A DNA stretch of 64,000 bases from Cyanobium sp. (GCA_044360135.1 JBIKKX010000006.1:10028-74027); one strand, 5' to 3'. Counted from the first letter of the stretch, positions 26,870 to 37,230 are shown. The notes: generated from the letters alone by a model not told the origin. Made by a program: numbers and translations.

Positions 26870-27904
26870 TCAGACGGGTTGTGCGGGCAGCTCAGGCATG
26901 GCGGCCAGATCGTCTAGCCAGGCCTGGAGCAGCTGGAGTTCGTTGGCATCGATCAGGCCGAGATCGATGAGCTGCCGGTAACAGCGAAGCATGTTGTCGG
27001 GAATGTTGTGAATGCCCGCGGCAAGATCCAGTGCGGCCAGGGAGGTGGCGATCGCTTCATTGTGGAGGTATCCGGAAACTTCGTCCTTGAAATCCTTCAT
27101 CAGATCATGCTCATTGCGTTCCTGGTAGACCGACGCGGGGCTGAACAGCAACGACCAACCGTTTTCCCAGCATATTCTCTGGGCAACAAAGCTGCGCCAG
27201 ATATCCGTCATTCGGAATGAGCAGTAGGCTGGCAGATAAAGAAGGGGGTAGGCTTCGGGGAACCAGATCGTATTCTGACTGTTGAATGGGCACCAGCTTC
27301 CTTTGGATAGCGCTACATGATGTTGGCCTGGGAAGGATTGGGGTAGAGTGCAGATGAGTCGATAAAGGGCGTCGACATCTGGGTTTTCATCGGCTAATCC
27401 CTGTTGGATTGGACAGTCCAGTTCCTCCTCCGTAAGCGCTGTCAGCGGAGTTGGCGGATCTTGGATTCTGTTCAAGGGAAGGCCTCGCGGCCAGATCAAG
27501 GTGTCTGTGAAGTAGCGGTAGATATTGACCCAGTCCTGATCCCTGCATAGGTGCGCTTTGACCCGTCGTTGCGGAGCGCTCCAAAAGCTCGGTAGCGGAA
27601 TGTTGTCATCATCGGTTTCGAGCAGATGCTGGCAGCCGCGTGAAATGGCGAGCAGATAGCCAAGGTTCTTGCGGGCGTAATGGCCTGTGGGGCAGAGGCG
27701 CCCCAGCGTGAAGACGTCGTTTTGCTGCTGCTCAAGGGTGTAATAAATACAGTTTGGAATCTCGTAGGAGGCGGGACTTTTCTTGTCGCCAGCAATGATG
27801 AAGTCAAAGCTGTCATTACAATTCTGCTGCGCGATATCAAGCACGGCCTTGGTGGGCTCGAAGATCGATGTGATGACAAGGGCGAAGCGGTTGGCTGGAG
27901 GCAT
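26870..27904 (-). CDS. STELLO/DUF288-like putative glycosyltransferase
   Basis: ALVITSIFEPTKAV, IIAGDKKSP and RKNLGYLLAISRGCQHLLETDDDNIP match the DUF288 pattern (TTI-PT, GDKKTP, RKNIGYL, ETDDDN). G+C is lower than in the flanking genes. Confidence 0.6.
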   Translation of the reverse strand: MPPANRFALVITSIFEPTKAVLDIAQQNCNDSFDFIIAGDKKSPASYEIPNCIYYTLEQQQNDVFTLGRLCPTGHYARKNLGYLLAISRGCQHLLETDDDNIPLPSFWSAPQRRVKAHLCRDQDWVNIYRYFTDTLIWPRGLPLNRIQDPPTPLTALTEEELDCPIQQGLADENPDVDALYRLICTLPQSFPGQHHVALSKGSWCPFNSQNTIWFPEAYPLLYLPAYCSFRMTDIWRSFVAQRICWENGWSLLFSPASVYQERNEHDLMKDFKDEVSGYLHNEAIATSLAALDLAAGIHNIPDNMLRCYRQLIDLGLIDANELQLLQAWLDDLAAMPELPAQPV

Positions 27905-27954
27905 GGTTGGGGAGGTTGGATGGATGTCTTCTTGCTGGTGCCTGAGACTCGGGC

Positions 27955-28959
27955 CTAAGGGGCTGTCGTGGCTTGGCTTGATTTCAGTGGGCGCGTTAGG
28001 CCTGGGTAGAGGCTGCGCAGGCGGGCTTTCCAGATCGGTAGTCTGGATTGGAACCGGCTTGGTTTCATCACCAGAAGCTGAGGATTTTTGTGCTCGGCCA
28101 GGGCTTTGCTGTTGGCCACTGAGCTGTCAACTTCGCCGGGATATTTGCAATCATATGTGACCCCGTCAATCTGTTTGCGTTGGAGGCCGGACCAATTTGT
28201 TTGGGTTGCGGCTCCTCCTGTAAGATAGGCAAGGTTTTTGAAGCGACCAACCCGAATGCCTCGGTGAATGAGGTGAAGCCTGAGTTGGTATTCATGGTTG
28301 AGGCTTTTGTAGGGATGTAGGTATCTATAGGCCTCTCCGCTGATCAGGGTCTCAAAAAAGTTGAGATATCGGTCCACGTTTCTGGTGTTGCATACGACGT
28401 GGCGGTCGTTGTAGCCATGGTAATCTTCGCCCTCGGGAATCCAGGCCAGGCGATCATCGAGAAGATGCAGGGATGGGTGGGGAGCCAGCCATTGAAAGTC
28501 GGTGCGGGTGATGATGAAGTGGGTGTAGTTTTTGCGTTGTATCTGAGGGCTGGCAAGCCTTTCGCTCAATTTAAAATAATTGTAGTTCAGGTGCATGCCT
28601 GAGCCCGGAATCCCTTTCAGGCCGCCCAGCCAGTTTCCTGCGATCGAGAGCGTCTTCCGCCAGGGGTATGGGGGCCTGGTCCCAAGCCTGGCACTGCTGA
28701 TTGAGTCGCACAGCTGTTCGTAGCCTGCCCGCGCGTCCTCGTAGAGGCAGCAATCCACGATTCTGGTTTCGGGAAATACTGCGATCTTGGTTTCATCTTC
28801 GCTGGAAACCCTCGAAACGCAAAACGCCACATCGGCGTCCAGCGCTTCGATCAGGTGTTTGTTCAGGCTAGGGGCTGTGATTTCTAGTGACCTCAGCGTG
28901 CCGATAAAGCAAACCAACGGTCGGAAGCTGCCCTGGTTGTGATCCGAGATGGCTGGCAT
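27955..28959 (-). CDS. hypothetical protein in a low-G+C glycosylation insert
   Basis: Long uninterrupted ORF with ordinary amino-acid composition and no motif I recognise. The start is set at MPAISDH (ATG 28959); the track ORF extends to 29052. Confidence 0.55.
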   Translation of the reverse strand: MPAISDHNQGSFRPLVCFIGTLRSLEITAPSLNKHLIEALDADVAFCVSRVSSEDETKIAVFPETRIVDCCLYEDARAGYEQLCDSISSARLGTRPPYPWRKTLSIAGNWLGGLKGIPGSGMHLNYNYFKLSERLASPQIQRKNYTHFIITRTDFQWLAPHPSLHLLDDRLAWIPEGEDYHGYNDRHVVCNTRNVDRYLNFFETLISGEAYRYLHPYKSLNHEYQLRLHLIHRGIRVGRFKNLAYLTGGAATQTNWSGLQRKQIDGVTYDCKYPGEVDSSVANSKALAEHKNPQLLVMKPSRFQSRLPIWKARLRSLYPGLTRPLKSSQATTAP

Positions 28960-29018
28960 GGAGGCTGGATGATTGCGTCGTTCGTTGGAATCCCTGCTCA
29001 GGGAGGCGGCACAGCTGC

Positions 29019-29660
29019 TCAGGGAGGATTCGCAGCGGGCAGGCTTCGCCACTCTTCCACCACATAGGGCGGTACCGGCAGCTCGGTGAACACCCCGGGC
29101 AACTCGAGCCGCAGCGGCCGGTTGGTGTGCAGATCGGCCAGCAGAGGGGTGAGGTTGAATTCGGCGGCTGCGGCCCGACCGTCACCGGCCAGTTTGGGGC
29201 TGGTGAGGGTGGTGTCGGCGAGCTCCCACAGGCGGCGGCCAGCGGTGACCAGCAGCGGAGTGGGGTGATCCAGCCTCACCCGGCCGGGATAGCCCACGAT
29301 GCGCAGGGTGATGGCTGCGTCCGGGCCGGGGGGGCCTTCTCGGTAGGCCACCACCTGCCAGCTCTGGTAGTCGAGATCGCGCAGGCTCTCGAGGCTCCTC
29401 ACCACCCCGGTGGCGGTGCTCTCATCGGGATGGGCATGGATCAGGGCCCAGGCGGGAGCCGCCGTCAGCAGGGCTGGAAGCAGGCTCAGCAGCGCCAGGG
29501 TGGTCAGCTGAATGAGATGTCGGCCCAGCTTCGCCCGTGCCTTCCTGAGCTGCTCCGCCCTTCCGGGCCCCTCGAAAGGTGGCGTCGCCGTTGCGGTCGG
29601 CCGGGGCCGCTGGCGGCCCTGGGCCAGCCCCCCATGGTCGTGATTGAGGGCCACGCTCAT
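29019..29660 (-). CDS. DUF3122-like secreted/membrane-anchored cyanobacterial protein
   Basis: A hydrophobic anchor LIQLTTLALLSLLPALLTAAPAWA is followed by SLESLRDLDYQSWQVVAY. The ATG at 29660 overlaps the upstream gene's stop (ATGA). The track ORF's extension to 29924 overlaps the GH116 gene and is rejected. Confidence 0.55.
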   Translation of the reverse strand: MSVALNHDHGGLAQGRQRPRPTATATPPFEGPGRAEQLRKARAKLGRHLIQLTTLALLSLLPALLTAAPAWALIHAHPDESTATGVVRSLESLRDLDYQSWQVVAYREGPPGPDAAITLRIVGYPGRVRLDHPTPLLVTAGRRLWELADTTLTSPKLAGDGRAAAAEFNLTPLLADLHTNRPLRLELPGVFTELPVPPYVVEEWRSLPAANPP

Positions 29661-32203
29661 CGCTCCTCGCAGCTCAGGGGGGGCCGCTCCGCCCCCGGGA
29701 TCGGCTGCCAGCCGGTGTGGGTGGCCCACAGGGCCCAGATCGCCATGGCCCGCAGGTAATGGCAGGCCCGGAAGGTGGTCACGGCGGTGATCGCCTCGGG
29801 GGTGCGGAATTGCAGGCCTCCCTGATACACCTGCGTCACCACCGCCGAGCTGATCGCAAGGGCGGTTTGCGTTTCGCCCATCAGGCGGTAGTAGGCGGCC
29901 AGGCCGAAGTTGATGCCGGTCCACACCTCCAGGGGGTGGGTGCCGTTCGGATCGAGCGGTGTGCCGTCGCGGCGCAGTCCGTTGGCCACCCCCAGCCGGC
30001 CGCCCTGGAAGCCTTCGAAGCAGGCCTCTTTCACCGCCTGCAGGGAGGAGCGGGCCCGCTCCTCGGCCACCACGGGGGGCAGACCCAGCAGGCGGGCGTA
30101 GAAGTCGCCGCAGAGCTGGTCGGCCATTACCACAGGCGTGCCGCTCTCGGCGTCGATGTTGTAGTACTCCCCGTTCCAGAGCAGGGCATCGAAGTTGGCG
30201 CGGCTCTGCTCGAGCCAGCCCCCGAATTCGCGCTGTTCGGCGCTGGTGTCGAGCCCAAGCTCCAGCTGCAGCCTCTGGCCCATCGCCAGGGCCGCCTCCA
30301 GGGCGGCGATCCAGAGGGCTCCGCAGTAGGCGCTCACCCCTTGCAGGGGCCAGTCGTCAAAGGTCTGGTCCGGGGCGCCGCCGTTGTCGGGCAAGCCGTC
30401 GTTGTTGACATCGAATCGCTTCAGGTAGCGCAGGGCCGTCACGGCGGCGGGCCAGCAGTCGGCCAGGAAGCGGAGGTCTTCGCCGCTGGGGGCCAGGCGG
30501 AAGGTGCGCCACACCTGCAGCACGAAATCGCTGGCCAGATCCTTCCAGAGGTTGCAGTCCTGGTAGGCGGTGTAGTTGGTGGCGTCGAAGGGGCGTTCGT
30601 TCGGGGCGCCCAGATCGTGGGGGGTGGCGCCGGCCACCTTGCGGGGGGCCTCCACCCGGCCGCGACCCTGGGTGAAGTACCAGCCGATCGGCCGGGGGGT
30701 GGGGTCGGCGGCGGGAATGGCCCGGGCGAAGTCGCGCAGCACCGCCTTGTCGAGCTCGGGCCAGAGCTGCAGCAGGGCGAAGGAGCCGTAGAGGCGCACA
30801 TCGAGGCTCTCGTACCAGGCGTAATCGAGGCACTCCAGCACCCCGAAGCGCCCCACCGGATCCTGCTGCGTGGCGGCGGTCCAGAGACTGCCGCCGCTGG
30901 CCAGGTCGTAGAGCTCGTTGAGCAGGGCCATGCGCAGCCCATCCGGCAGGTCGATGCGCTCCACCACCGGGGCCTGCCAGGCCTCGATCGCCGCGCGCCA
31001 GGAGCGCCAGTCGCGCAGGGCTTCGGCGGCGATGGCGGCGGCGTTGTCGCCCGTGCTGCCGAAGAAATCGGTATAGCGGCGCAGCGCCCGGGTGCCGGTG
31101 GCGAAGCTGGTGACCGGCAGGTCCCAGCTGATCACCACCGGCATCTCCAGCGTTTCGCCCGGGGCGAGGCTGAGGCGCACCGCCAGGGCGGAACTGCTGG
31201 GGTCGTTGTCGCCGCTGCGGCGGTCGTTGTCGCTCTGCGGGATGGAGCCATCAGCGGCGAAGGGGCCCCATAGCTCGCGGCCATCGCCGGCCGGATTCCA
31301 GCGGCTGCAGCGGAAAATCTCGAGGGGGCCGGACGCACCAGCTGCGCCCCGTTGCTCCTGCAGGGCGCCGAGATCGGGCAGCGCCAGGATCCATTGGCCC
31401 TGCCCCTCGCCGATCGGCTCGCTGCGCTCGCCCTCCTGCAGCACCGCCGCCATGCCGGGCGCGTCGAAGCAGCGGTTGCGCTGGCCCTGGCTGCGGCCGA
31501 TCGCCGGCACATAGTTGTGCTCCGGGCTGCCGTCGTCGCGGAAGTGCACGGAGGCGGCGGGGTCGGTGTTGGTGAACCAGCCGATCGTGTTGCGCCAGCT
31601 CAGCAGCAGCGAGACCGTCAGAGGGCGGGACGTGGGGTTGTGCAGGCGCCAGGCGAACACCGCCACCGGATAACTGGTGCGGCGGTAGTCGCCGGGAAGG
31701 ATCGGGCTGAAGGCCTGGCAGCTCACCTCCGCCTGGAACACACCGCTGTAGTGGGTCTCGCTGAGGGGATAGCGGGCGCTGTACAGGCCGCTGGCGTGCT
31801 CGGGGCTGCTGGCGGGATACCAGCTCCAGGAGCTCAGAGGCTCTCCGGCCTCGGACCTGGAGGCATCGACGGTGGGCTTGACCGCCAGGGCATGGGCATG
31901 GCTACCCGTTCCGTCGCTTTCGAAGAGGGCGAACTGGCAGTCGGGCAGGGTGCCGAACCAGTGCTCACCCCCGTCGAGGTGCCAGAGGTTGAAGGCGCCG
32001 TCTGGGGCCCGGCCGATGCAGCCCGCCCCAAAGCCCCCCAGCGGCATGCCGTGGTTGGGGCCGTCGTCGAGGTTGCTGGCGTAGCGGACCGTGTAGGGCT
32101 GCGTCCAGGGCAGGCCGAAGGGGCGGCTCCAGCAGGCCTCCGGTCTATCCGAACCGAGCCTGGGTCGGCGACGGAGGGGGAGACTGGGAAGGCCGAACGG
32201 CAT
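29657..32203 (-). CDS. GH116-family beta-glucosidase (GBA2-type)
   Basis: MPLGGFGAGCIGRAPDGAFNLWHL resembles the GBA2 N-terminal domain motif (PLGGIGAGSIGR). The long C-terminal (alpha/alpha)6-like region and the size (848 aa) fit. The exact start is uncertain. Confidence 0.8.
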   Translation of the reverse strand: MPFGLPSLPLRRRPRLGSDRPEACWSRPFGLPWTQPYTVRYASNLDDGPNHGMPLGGFGAGCIGRAPDGAFNLWHLDGGEHWFGTLPDCQFALFESDGTGSHAHALAVKPTVDASRSEAGEPLSSWSWYPASSPEHASGLYSARYPLSETHYSGVFQAEVSCQAFSPILPGDYRRTSYPVAVFAWRLHNPTSRPLTVSLLLSWRNTIGWFTNTDPAASVHFRDDGSPEHNYVPAIGRSQGQRNRCFDAPGMAAVLQEGERSEPIGEGQGQWILALPDLGALQEQRGAAGASGPLEIFRCSRWNPAGDGRELWGPFAADGSIPQSDNDRRSGDNDPSSSALAVRLSLAPGETLEMPVVISWDLPVTSFATGTRALRRYTDFFGSTGDNAAAIAAEALRDWRSWRAAIEAWQAPVVERIDLPDGLRMALLNELYDLASGGSLWTAATQQDPVGRFGVLECLDYAWYESLDVRLYGSFALLQLWPELDKAVLRDFARAIPAADPTPRPIGWYFTQGRGRVEAPRKVAGATPHDLGAPNERPFDATNYTAYQDCNLWKDLASDFVLQVWRTFRLAPSGEDLRFLADCWPAAVTALRYLKRFDVNNDGLPDNGGAPDQTFDDWPLQGVSAYCGALWIAALEAALAMGQRLQLELGLDTSAEQREFGGWLEQSRANFDALLWNGEYYNIDAESGTPVVMADQLCGDFYARLLGLPPVVAEERARSSLQAVKEACFEGFQGGRLGVANGLRRDGTPLDPNGTHPLEVWTGINFGLAAYYRLMGETQTALAISSAVVTQVYQGGLQFRTPEAITAVTTFRACHYLRAMAIWALWATHTGWQPIPGAERPPLSCEER

Positions 32204-32794
32204 GGGGCGAGTGTCGATCGGGTCAGCTTGTCAGAAGCGGGCGGCGGCTTGCTCAAGGGCCGGCCCGGTGGGTCAGGGCCAGGCTGGTCCGGTCTGGTGT
32301 TGCTGTCGCGAAGCGCACTGACACACCAGCGGCCTTGACTCCGTTCGGAGCTCTGAACTGGTGGGCTGCAGAACGGTTGGGGCCAGGAGCCCGGCGCTCG
32401 AAGCTCCACTCCGCCTCGCCAGAGACGGCCCCGAAGCGACTCACAGGCCCAAGTCGCTGCCATGGATCTGGCTGAAACCATGGGGGAAGGTCCAGGCTCG
32501 ACTGCCCCTACTAGCCAGGGCGGAAGATCCGGTGGCGCCCTCGTCTGCCGCGTCTAGGGACGACCATCCGGAGCTCCCGGATGCTGATGGCTCACCGGCT
32601 CCTGGAGCACGGCTGGATCGGTGAATTCCGTCGTGGCAACCTTGATGCACAGATCACTGCTTGCCAGCACTTTAAATTTTGCCACCAACTGCGGTTTCCG
32701 TGGCTCTGTCGCAAAAGTTCCTCGCCGCTCTGCCGCCCGTCAGTGGCAAGGTCCTGGCTGGATGTTCTCACCACTCAAGCCACGCGTCAATGCC

Positions 32795-34913
32795 ATGATT
32801 ATTCGCGGGCTGCGCTCCATAGGCCGTGCTCTCCTTAACCCTTTGCTGCTCGCTACCCCACACGGCAAGTCCTATCGTCCAGAGATCGATGGGTTGAGGG
32901 CCCTGGCGGTACTGGTGGTCATAGCCAATCATTTGAATTCATTATTGGCGCCCACCGGTTTTCGGAGTTGATATCTTGTTTGTAATCTCTGGATATGTGG
33001 TGACGTCCTCCCTTCTGGCACGGAACCCGGCTGGGCCACTAGCTTTTCTTGGTACCTTCTATGGGCGGAGGTTTAAGCGGTTGGTGCCGGCATTGATCGG
33101 CATGGTTCTGCTGGTGAGCGTGCTGTTTTCGATGCTCGTCTCAGGTGCTGAAGATCTCTTACAGCCGTCCCTTCGAACGGGATTGGCAGCTCTGTTTGGG
33201 GTGTCTAACCTTTACCTCCTCAAGCAGGGAGCCGATTATTTTGCAGTCGACACATCCTTCCAGCCCTTCCTGCATACCTGGTCCCTTGGGGTCGAGGAGC
33301 AATTTTATCTTGTCTGGCCCCTGCTCCTGCTTGGTTGTCGATTGGGCTGCGATGGCCATGGACGCCGCTATCGGCGTAGGCTTGCGATTCTAACTCTGTT
33401 GCTGTCTTGTGCATCCCTTGGTGGTTATATTCTTTTCAGCGCCCAGGGTAAAATCGATCAAGCCTTCTATCTAATGACCAGCCGTTTCTGGCAGCTGTCC
33501 GTGGGATGTTTGGCCTATCTTGTCCATCGTGGTGGCGGCAGCTCGCAGGACTACGGGATTCGCCTCTCCTGGGATCGCTATCGCCCCGGATGGGCCACTG
33601 CGGCCTTGATCTCCGCTGCGGCGTTGCTCGTCTTGCCCTTGCCTTGGGCGTTTGGGGGCAACATCGCGATCACGGCCTTGACGGCATGCCTGTTGGTGCT
33701 GCTGCAGCCCCGCAGGGGCTTGGCGGCGAAGCTGCTAGGCAATCCATGGGTTGTTTCCGTCGGATTGCTTTCCTACTCCTTGTATCTCTGGCACTGGCCC
33801 CTGATCGTGCTGGCTCGCTGGAGCGTTGGCGTCAATCAATTGACAGTATTGCCAATAATAGCGTTGATCCTTGTTTTCTCCCTGCTCTCTTAGCGGCTGG
33901 AGCTCTATTTCCGTTACCACTTCAATCCATCGGCATGGCCATTCAAGCCGTGGCTTGTTTTCCCATTCTTCAGCCTTGTGGCGGCGGCCGTGCTGGGAGG
34001 GTTGCAGGGGCCTTTGCGTGGTTGGTTGTTCAGCGGTCAGAAAGGAGACGGCGTGACTGTTGTTTCAAACAATAAAATGATTCCCGGAACCACCATCAAA
34101 ACGGCCGATTGTTTTTTGGAGCCCCAGGCCCCTATCGTACAGTTGTCCGCCGCCAAGCGATGCCTGGCAATTAAAGATTCAAGGAAACCGACGCTTTATT
34201 TTGAGGGGGATAGCCACAACCACGCTTTGATGGCTCTGGCCGGAAAAATTCTTGCCAGCGGCTCGAACAATATCTCCCTCCTGGCACGCGGTGGCTGTCC
34301 TGCACCCTATTTTTCCCCCTGGCCTGGTGGTAGAGAGAAGCAAGATCGATACAAGTTGTGCGAGCAGCATTTTGCTTCTCGAGCCAATGCTTTGAAGACG
34401 GCGGTGCGGCCTGGTGACAGCGTCGTTCTTGTTTCTTTTGTTTGCGACCCACTCGAATCTCCTGCCTCAGAACTAAGTTATCGCAAGGCGGTTATGGATC
34501 TAGCGCATGATCTTGGGCGCCGAAATCCCAGGTTGATCTTGGTTGCTCCTCTGCCCATGTTTGCTTCGGCTGATAAACAGGAAGCCCCTGCAAGTCTTTG
34601 TAGGCTCGAATGGTTTAGGCCTGACTGGTCAGTGTCAACTTCCTGTCGTCCATTAACGGTCAGTCGCAACAGCGAGCTGTCAAGCACCAACTCCTTCAGA
34701 AGCCTTCTCTATCGGTTGTCCAGCGAATCGCCTTGGGTTGAGGTTTTCGATCCATTCCCTGTCGTCTGCCCAGAGAATCGGGAGTTCTGCGCCAGCAGAT
34801 CAGATGCTCAGATTCTTTTCCAGGACTCCAATCATCTCAGTGATCGTGGTGCTTTGCTGCTCTATCCACCCTTCCGTAACTTTCTTGCGAAAGTAAAAGC
34901 GAACTCACCTTAA
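32795..34913 (+). pseudogene. OafA-like acyltransferase-3 plus SGNH-domain gene, disrupted by a frameshift (~32960-32964) and an in-frame TAG (33891-33893)
   Basis: YRPEIDGLRALAVLVVIANH is the acyltransferase_3 N-terminal motif. The frame breaks at ggt ttt c|gga gtt gat, and GVDILFVISGYVVT continues in the +1 frame. Track ORFs 32976-33893 and 33978-34913 share one frame, separated only by the TAG. The C-terminal part carries SGNH blocks (FEGDSHNHA, FQDSNHLSDRGA). Confidence 0.7.
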
Positions 34914-35209
34914 TCCTTGTCTGCAGTCTTCGCCATCCCATCGATCAGTCCATGCTCAACCCCGTCCTGTTGAAGCTGATCAAGGCCGATCTCCTGCTCG
35001 ATCAGGGCATCGATCGTGACTGCCGTTCGGACCAGCGCCTGGTACCGCTGAACCAGCCGTTGGTTGCGTTCCAGCCAGCCGCCCCGCAGCGAGGATTCCA
35101 GTGGTTGGCCGAGCCTGATCCCCTGCTCCTCCTCCAGCAGTCCGAGCTCGGGCTGGGCGCCCAACAGGGCGATCACCAAATCGTGGATGCGCCCACGGCG
35201 GTCGCGCAT
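34910..35209 (-). CDS. hypothetical small protein (weak call)
   Basis: 99-aa ORF whose composition looks more protein-like than the overlapping + strand ORF. No motif recognised. Confidence 0.3.
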   Translation of the reverse strand: MRDRRGRIHDLVIALLGAQPELGLLEEEQGIRLGQPLESSLRGGWLERNQRLVQRYQALVRTAVTIDALIEQEIGLDQLQQDGVEHGLIDGMAKTADKD

Positions 35210-35256
35210 GGCTTGGATGGGAATGGGCTGGCAAACGCTGGCCAGGCTGTCCCATC

Positions 35257-36606
35257 ATGACCAATGCTGCTGACAACGCCCTGGCCGCTGGAATCCTCGA
35301 TGTGGTGGGCACCGATGCCGGCGGCCTGGAGGGGCTGGCAGTTTGCTGGCGCCAGCGGCTGCCGCAGATGGATCTGGTGGCGGCGCCCCAGCGCCTCCAC
35401 GAAGCCTTGCGCTGCTGGTATGCCGATGCGTCCGCCGCGCAGGCGGATGGGCCGCTGCCGCTCCAGGGCCCGGCACCGATCCCCCGGCTGATCGCCAGCG
35501 ACCGGCCTGAGGAGCTGCTCGCCCGGCTGCGTCCAGCCCTGGCGGCAGGTCAGCGGGTGGTGCTGCTGGCCAGCGGCGACCCGCTCTGGTTCGGGATCGG
35601 CCGCCTGCTGCTTCAGGCTTTCCCCCCCGAGCAGCTGCGGTTCCATCCCGCTCCCACCAGCCTGCAGCTGGCCTTCGCCCGCCTCGCTCGCCCCTGGCAG
35701 GACGTCGCCTGGGTGAGCCTGCATGGCCGCGATCCTGAGCCCCTGGCGGCCGCCCTGCAGCGGCGCCCCCCGGCCCTGGCCGTGCTCTGCGATCCCGGGG
35801 CCGGTGGGGCGGCAGCGGTGCGCCAGCTGTTGCGGGCTTCCGGGCTGGAGGCGGCCTACGCCTTCTGGATCTGCGAACGCCTGGGTCACCCCCAGGAGCG
35901 GGTGCTGCGGATCGGGCCCGCCGAGCCGATGCCCCAGGATCTCGATCCGCTCCACCTGGCGGTGCTGCTGGCCGAGCCCCCGTCGCCTCCCGATCCAGCC
36001 CGGTTGCCCTTGTTCGGTCTGGCCGATGGTCTCTGGCTGCAGCACCCGGACCAGCCCGGATTGATGACCAAGCGTGAGGTGCGCATCCAGCTGCTCGCCG
36101 ACCTCGACCTACCCGCTGAAGGGGTGCTCTGGGACATCGGGGCCGGGGTGGGCTCGGTGGGCCTGGAGGCCCTGCGGCTGCGTCCCCAGCTGCGGCTCTG
36201 GGCGGTGGAGCGGCGGGCCGGGGCCGCCGTCCTGCTGGCCGCCAACGCTCAGCGCCTCGGGGTGGAGCCGGCGGGGCTGGTGGAGGGGGCGGCGCCGGCG
36301 GTGCTTGCCCGGCTGCCCGATCCGGACCGGGTGCTGATCGGTGGTGGTGGGCGGGACCGGGCTGCCCTGCTGCGGGCTGTGCTGGAGCGTCTGCGGCCCG
36401 GGGGGGTGGTGGTGATCCCCTTGGCGACGGTGGAGGGATTGGCCAAGATTCGCCCCCTGCTGGAGGCGGCGGGCTTGGCGGTGGAGGTGGGCCAGCTGCA
36501 GTGCTGGCGAGGGGCGCCCCTGGCCGACGGCACCCGGCTGGTGCCGCTCAATCCGGTGCTGGTGGTGAAGGGCTCGAGGCCGGATGCAGGCGCTGGGCCC
36601 TGCTGA
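35257..36606 (+). CDS. cobL: precorrin-6Y C5,15-methyltransferase (decarboxylating), fused CbiE/CbiT
   Basis: The CbiE half has VVLLASGDPLWFGIGRLL. The CbiT half has MTKREVRIQLLADLDLPAEGVLWDIGAGVGSVGLEA, a SAM-binding motif. Confidence 0.85.
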   Translation: MTNAADNALAAGILDVVGTDAGGLEGLAVCWRQRLPQMDLVAAPQRLHEALRCWYADASAAQADGPLPLQGPAPIPRLIASDRPEELLARLRPALAAGQRVVLLASGDPLWFGIGRLLLQAFPPEQLRFHPAPTSLQLAFARLARPWQDVAWVSLHGRDPEPLAAALQRRPPALAVLCDPGAGGAAAVRQLLRASGLEAAYAFWICERLGHPQERVLRIGPAEPMPQDLDPLHLAVLLAEPPSPPDPARLPLFGLADGLWLQHPDQPGLMTKREVRIQLLADLDLPAEGVLWDIGAGVGSVGLEALRLRPQLRLWAVERRAGAAVLLAANAQRLGVEPAGLVEGAAPAVLARLPDPDRVLIGGGGRDRAALLRAVLERLRPGGVVVIPLATVEGLAKIRPLLEAAGLAVEVGQLQCWRGAPLADGTRLVPLNPVLVVKGSRPDAGAGPC

Positions 36607-37230
36607 ATCCTGGGCTGGGGATTCAGAGCAAAGCCTTATGCAGAAGTGTGGTTTCTGTGTAGAGATTGCCGAACATCAAGCAGGCCGATTTCTTTGGGAG
36701 CATGGAGCAACGTCGTCGCCGAAAGGGATGCGTCGCTGCAGGTCGTTGGTGCCGATTGCCATGGCAGTGTTCCGATTGACAGGTGCTGGCGATGCGTTGT
36801 AGCTGGAGGCATCCAAGAAGCCGAAAGTCTTGCTATCCAGGATGCACGAGCGATAGGCGGGCTTGAGACTGGCCTGAGTGGGAATGAGTGATCGTGCGCT
36901 TTTGCCGGGGCAAATGGATTCATGGTGGTATTGGAGACTGAGTAAAAACGGTGAACAGCATGGATTGAAAGAATGGCGCCGTCGATGAACGGTGTTGTGG
37001 TCGCATCGTTGCGACTGAGGGTTTTCGCCCTCCATTCATTGTGTGATGATAGAGAAATATCTGTGAGACTGGTAAGCGTTGCAGGCTGTTTATTGATCGC
37101 TGGCATTTCAGTCTCATTGCAGAGATCCCTCAAGTCGTGCCTGGGGATGTGGGTGTATCGGCTAACACCCTCTCCGCGGGGTCCGGGAGCACTTTTTCTG
37201 AGGTGCTCCGGGTTGCCTGGCCAATGCCAT

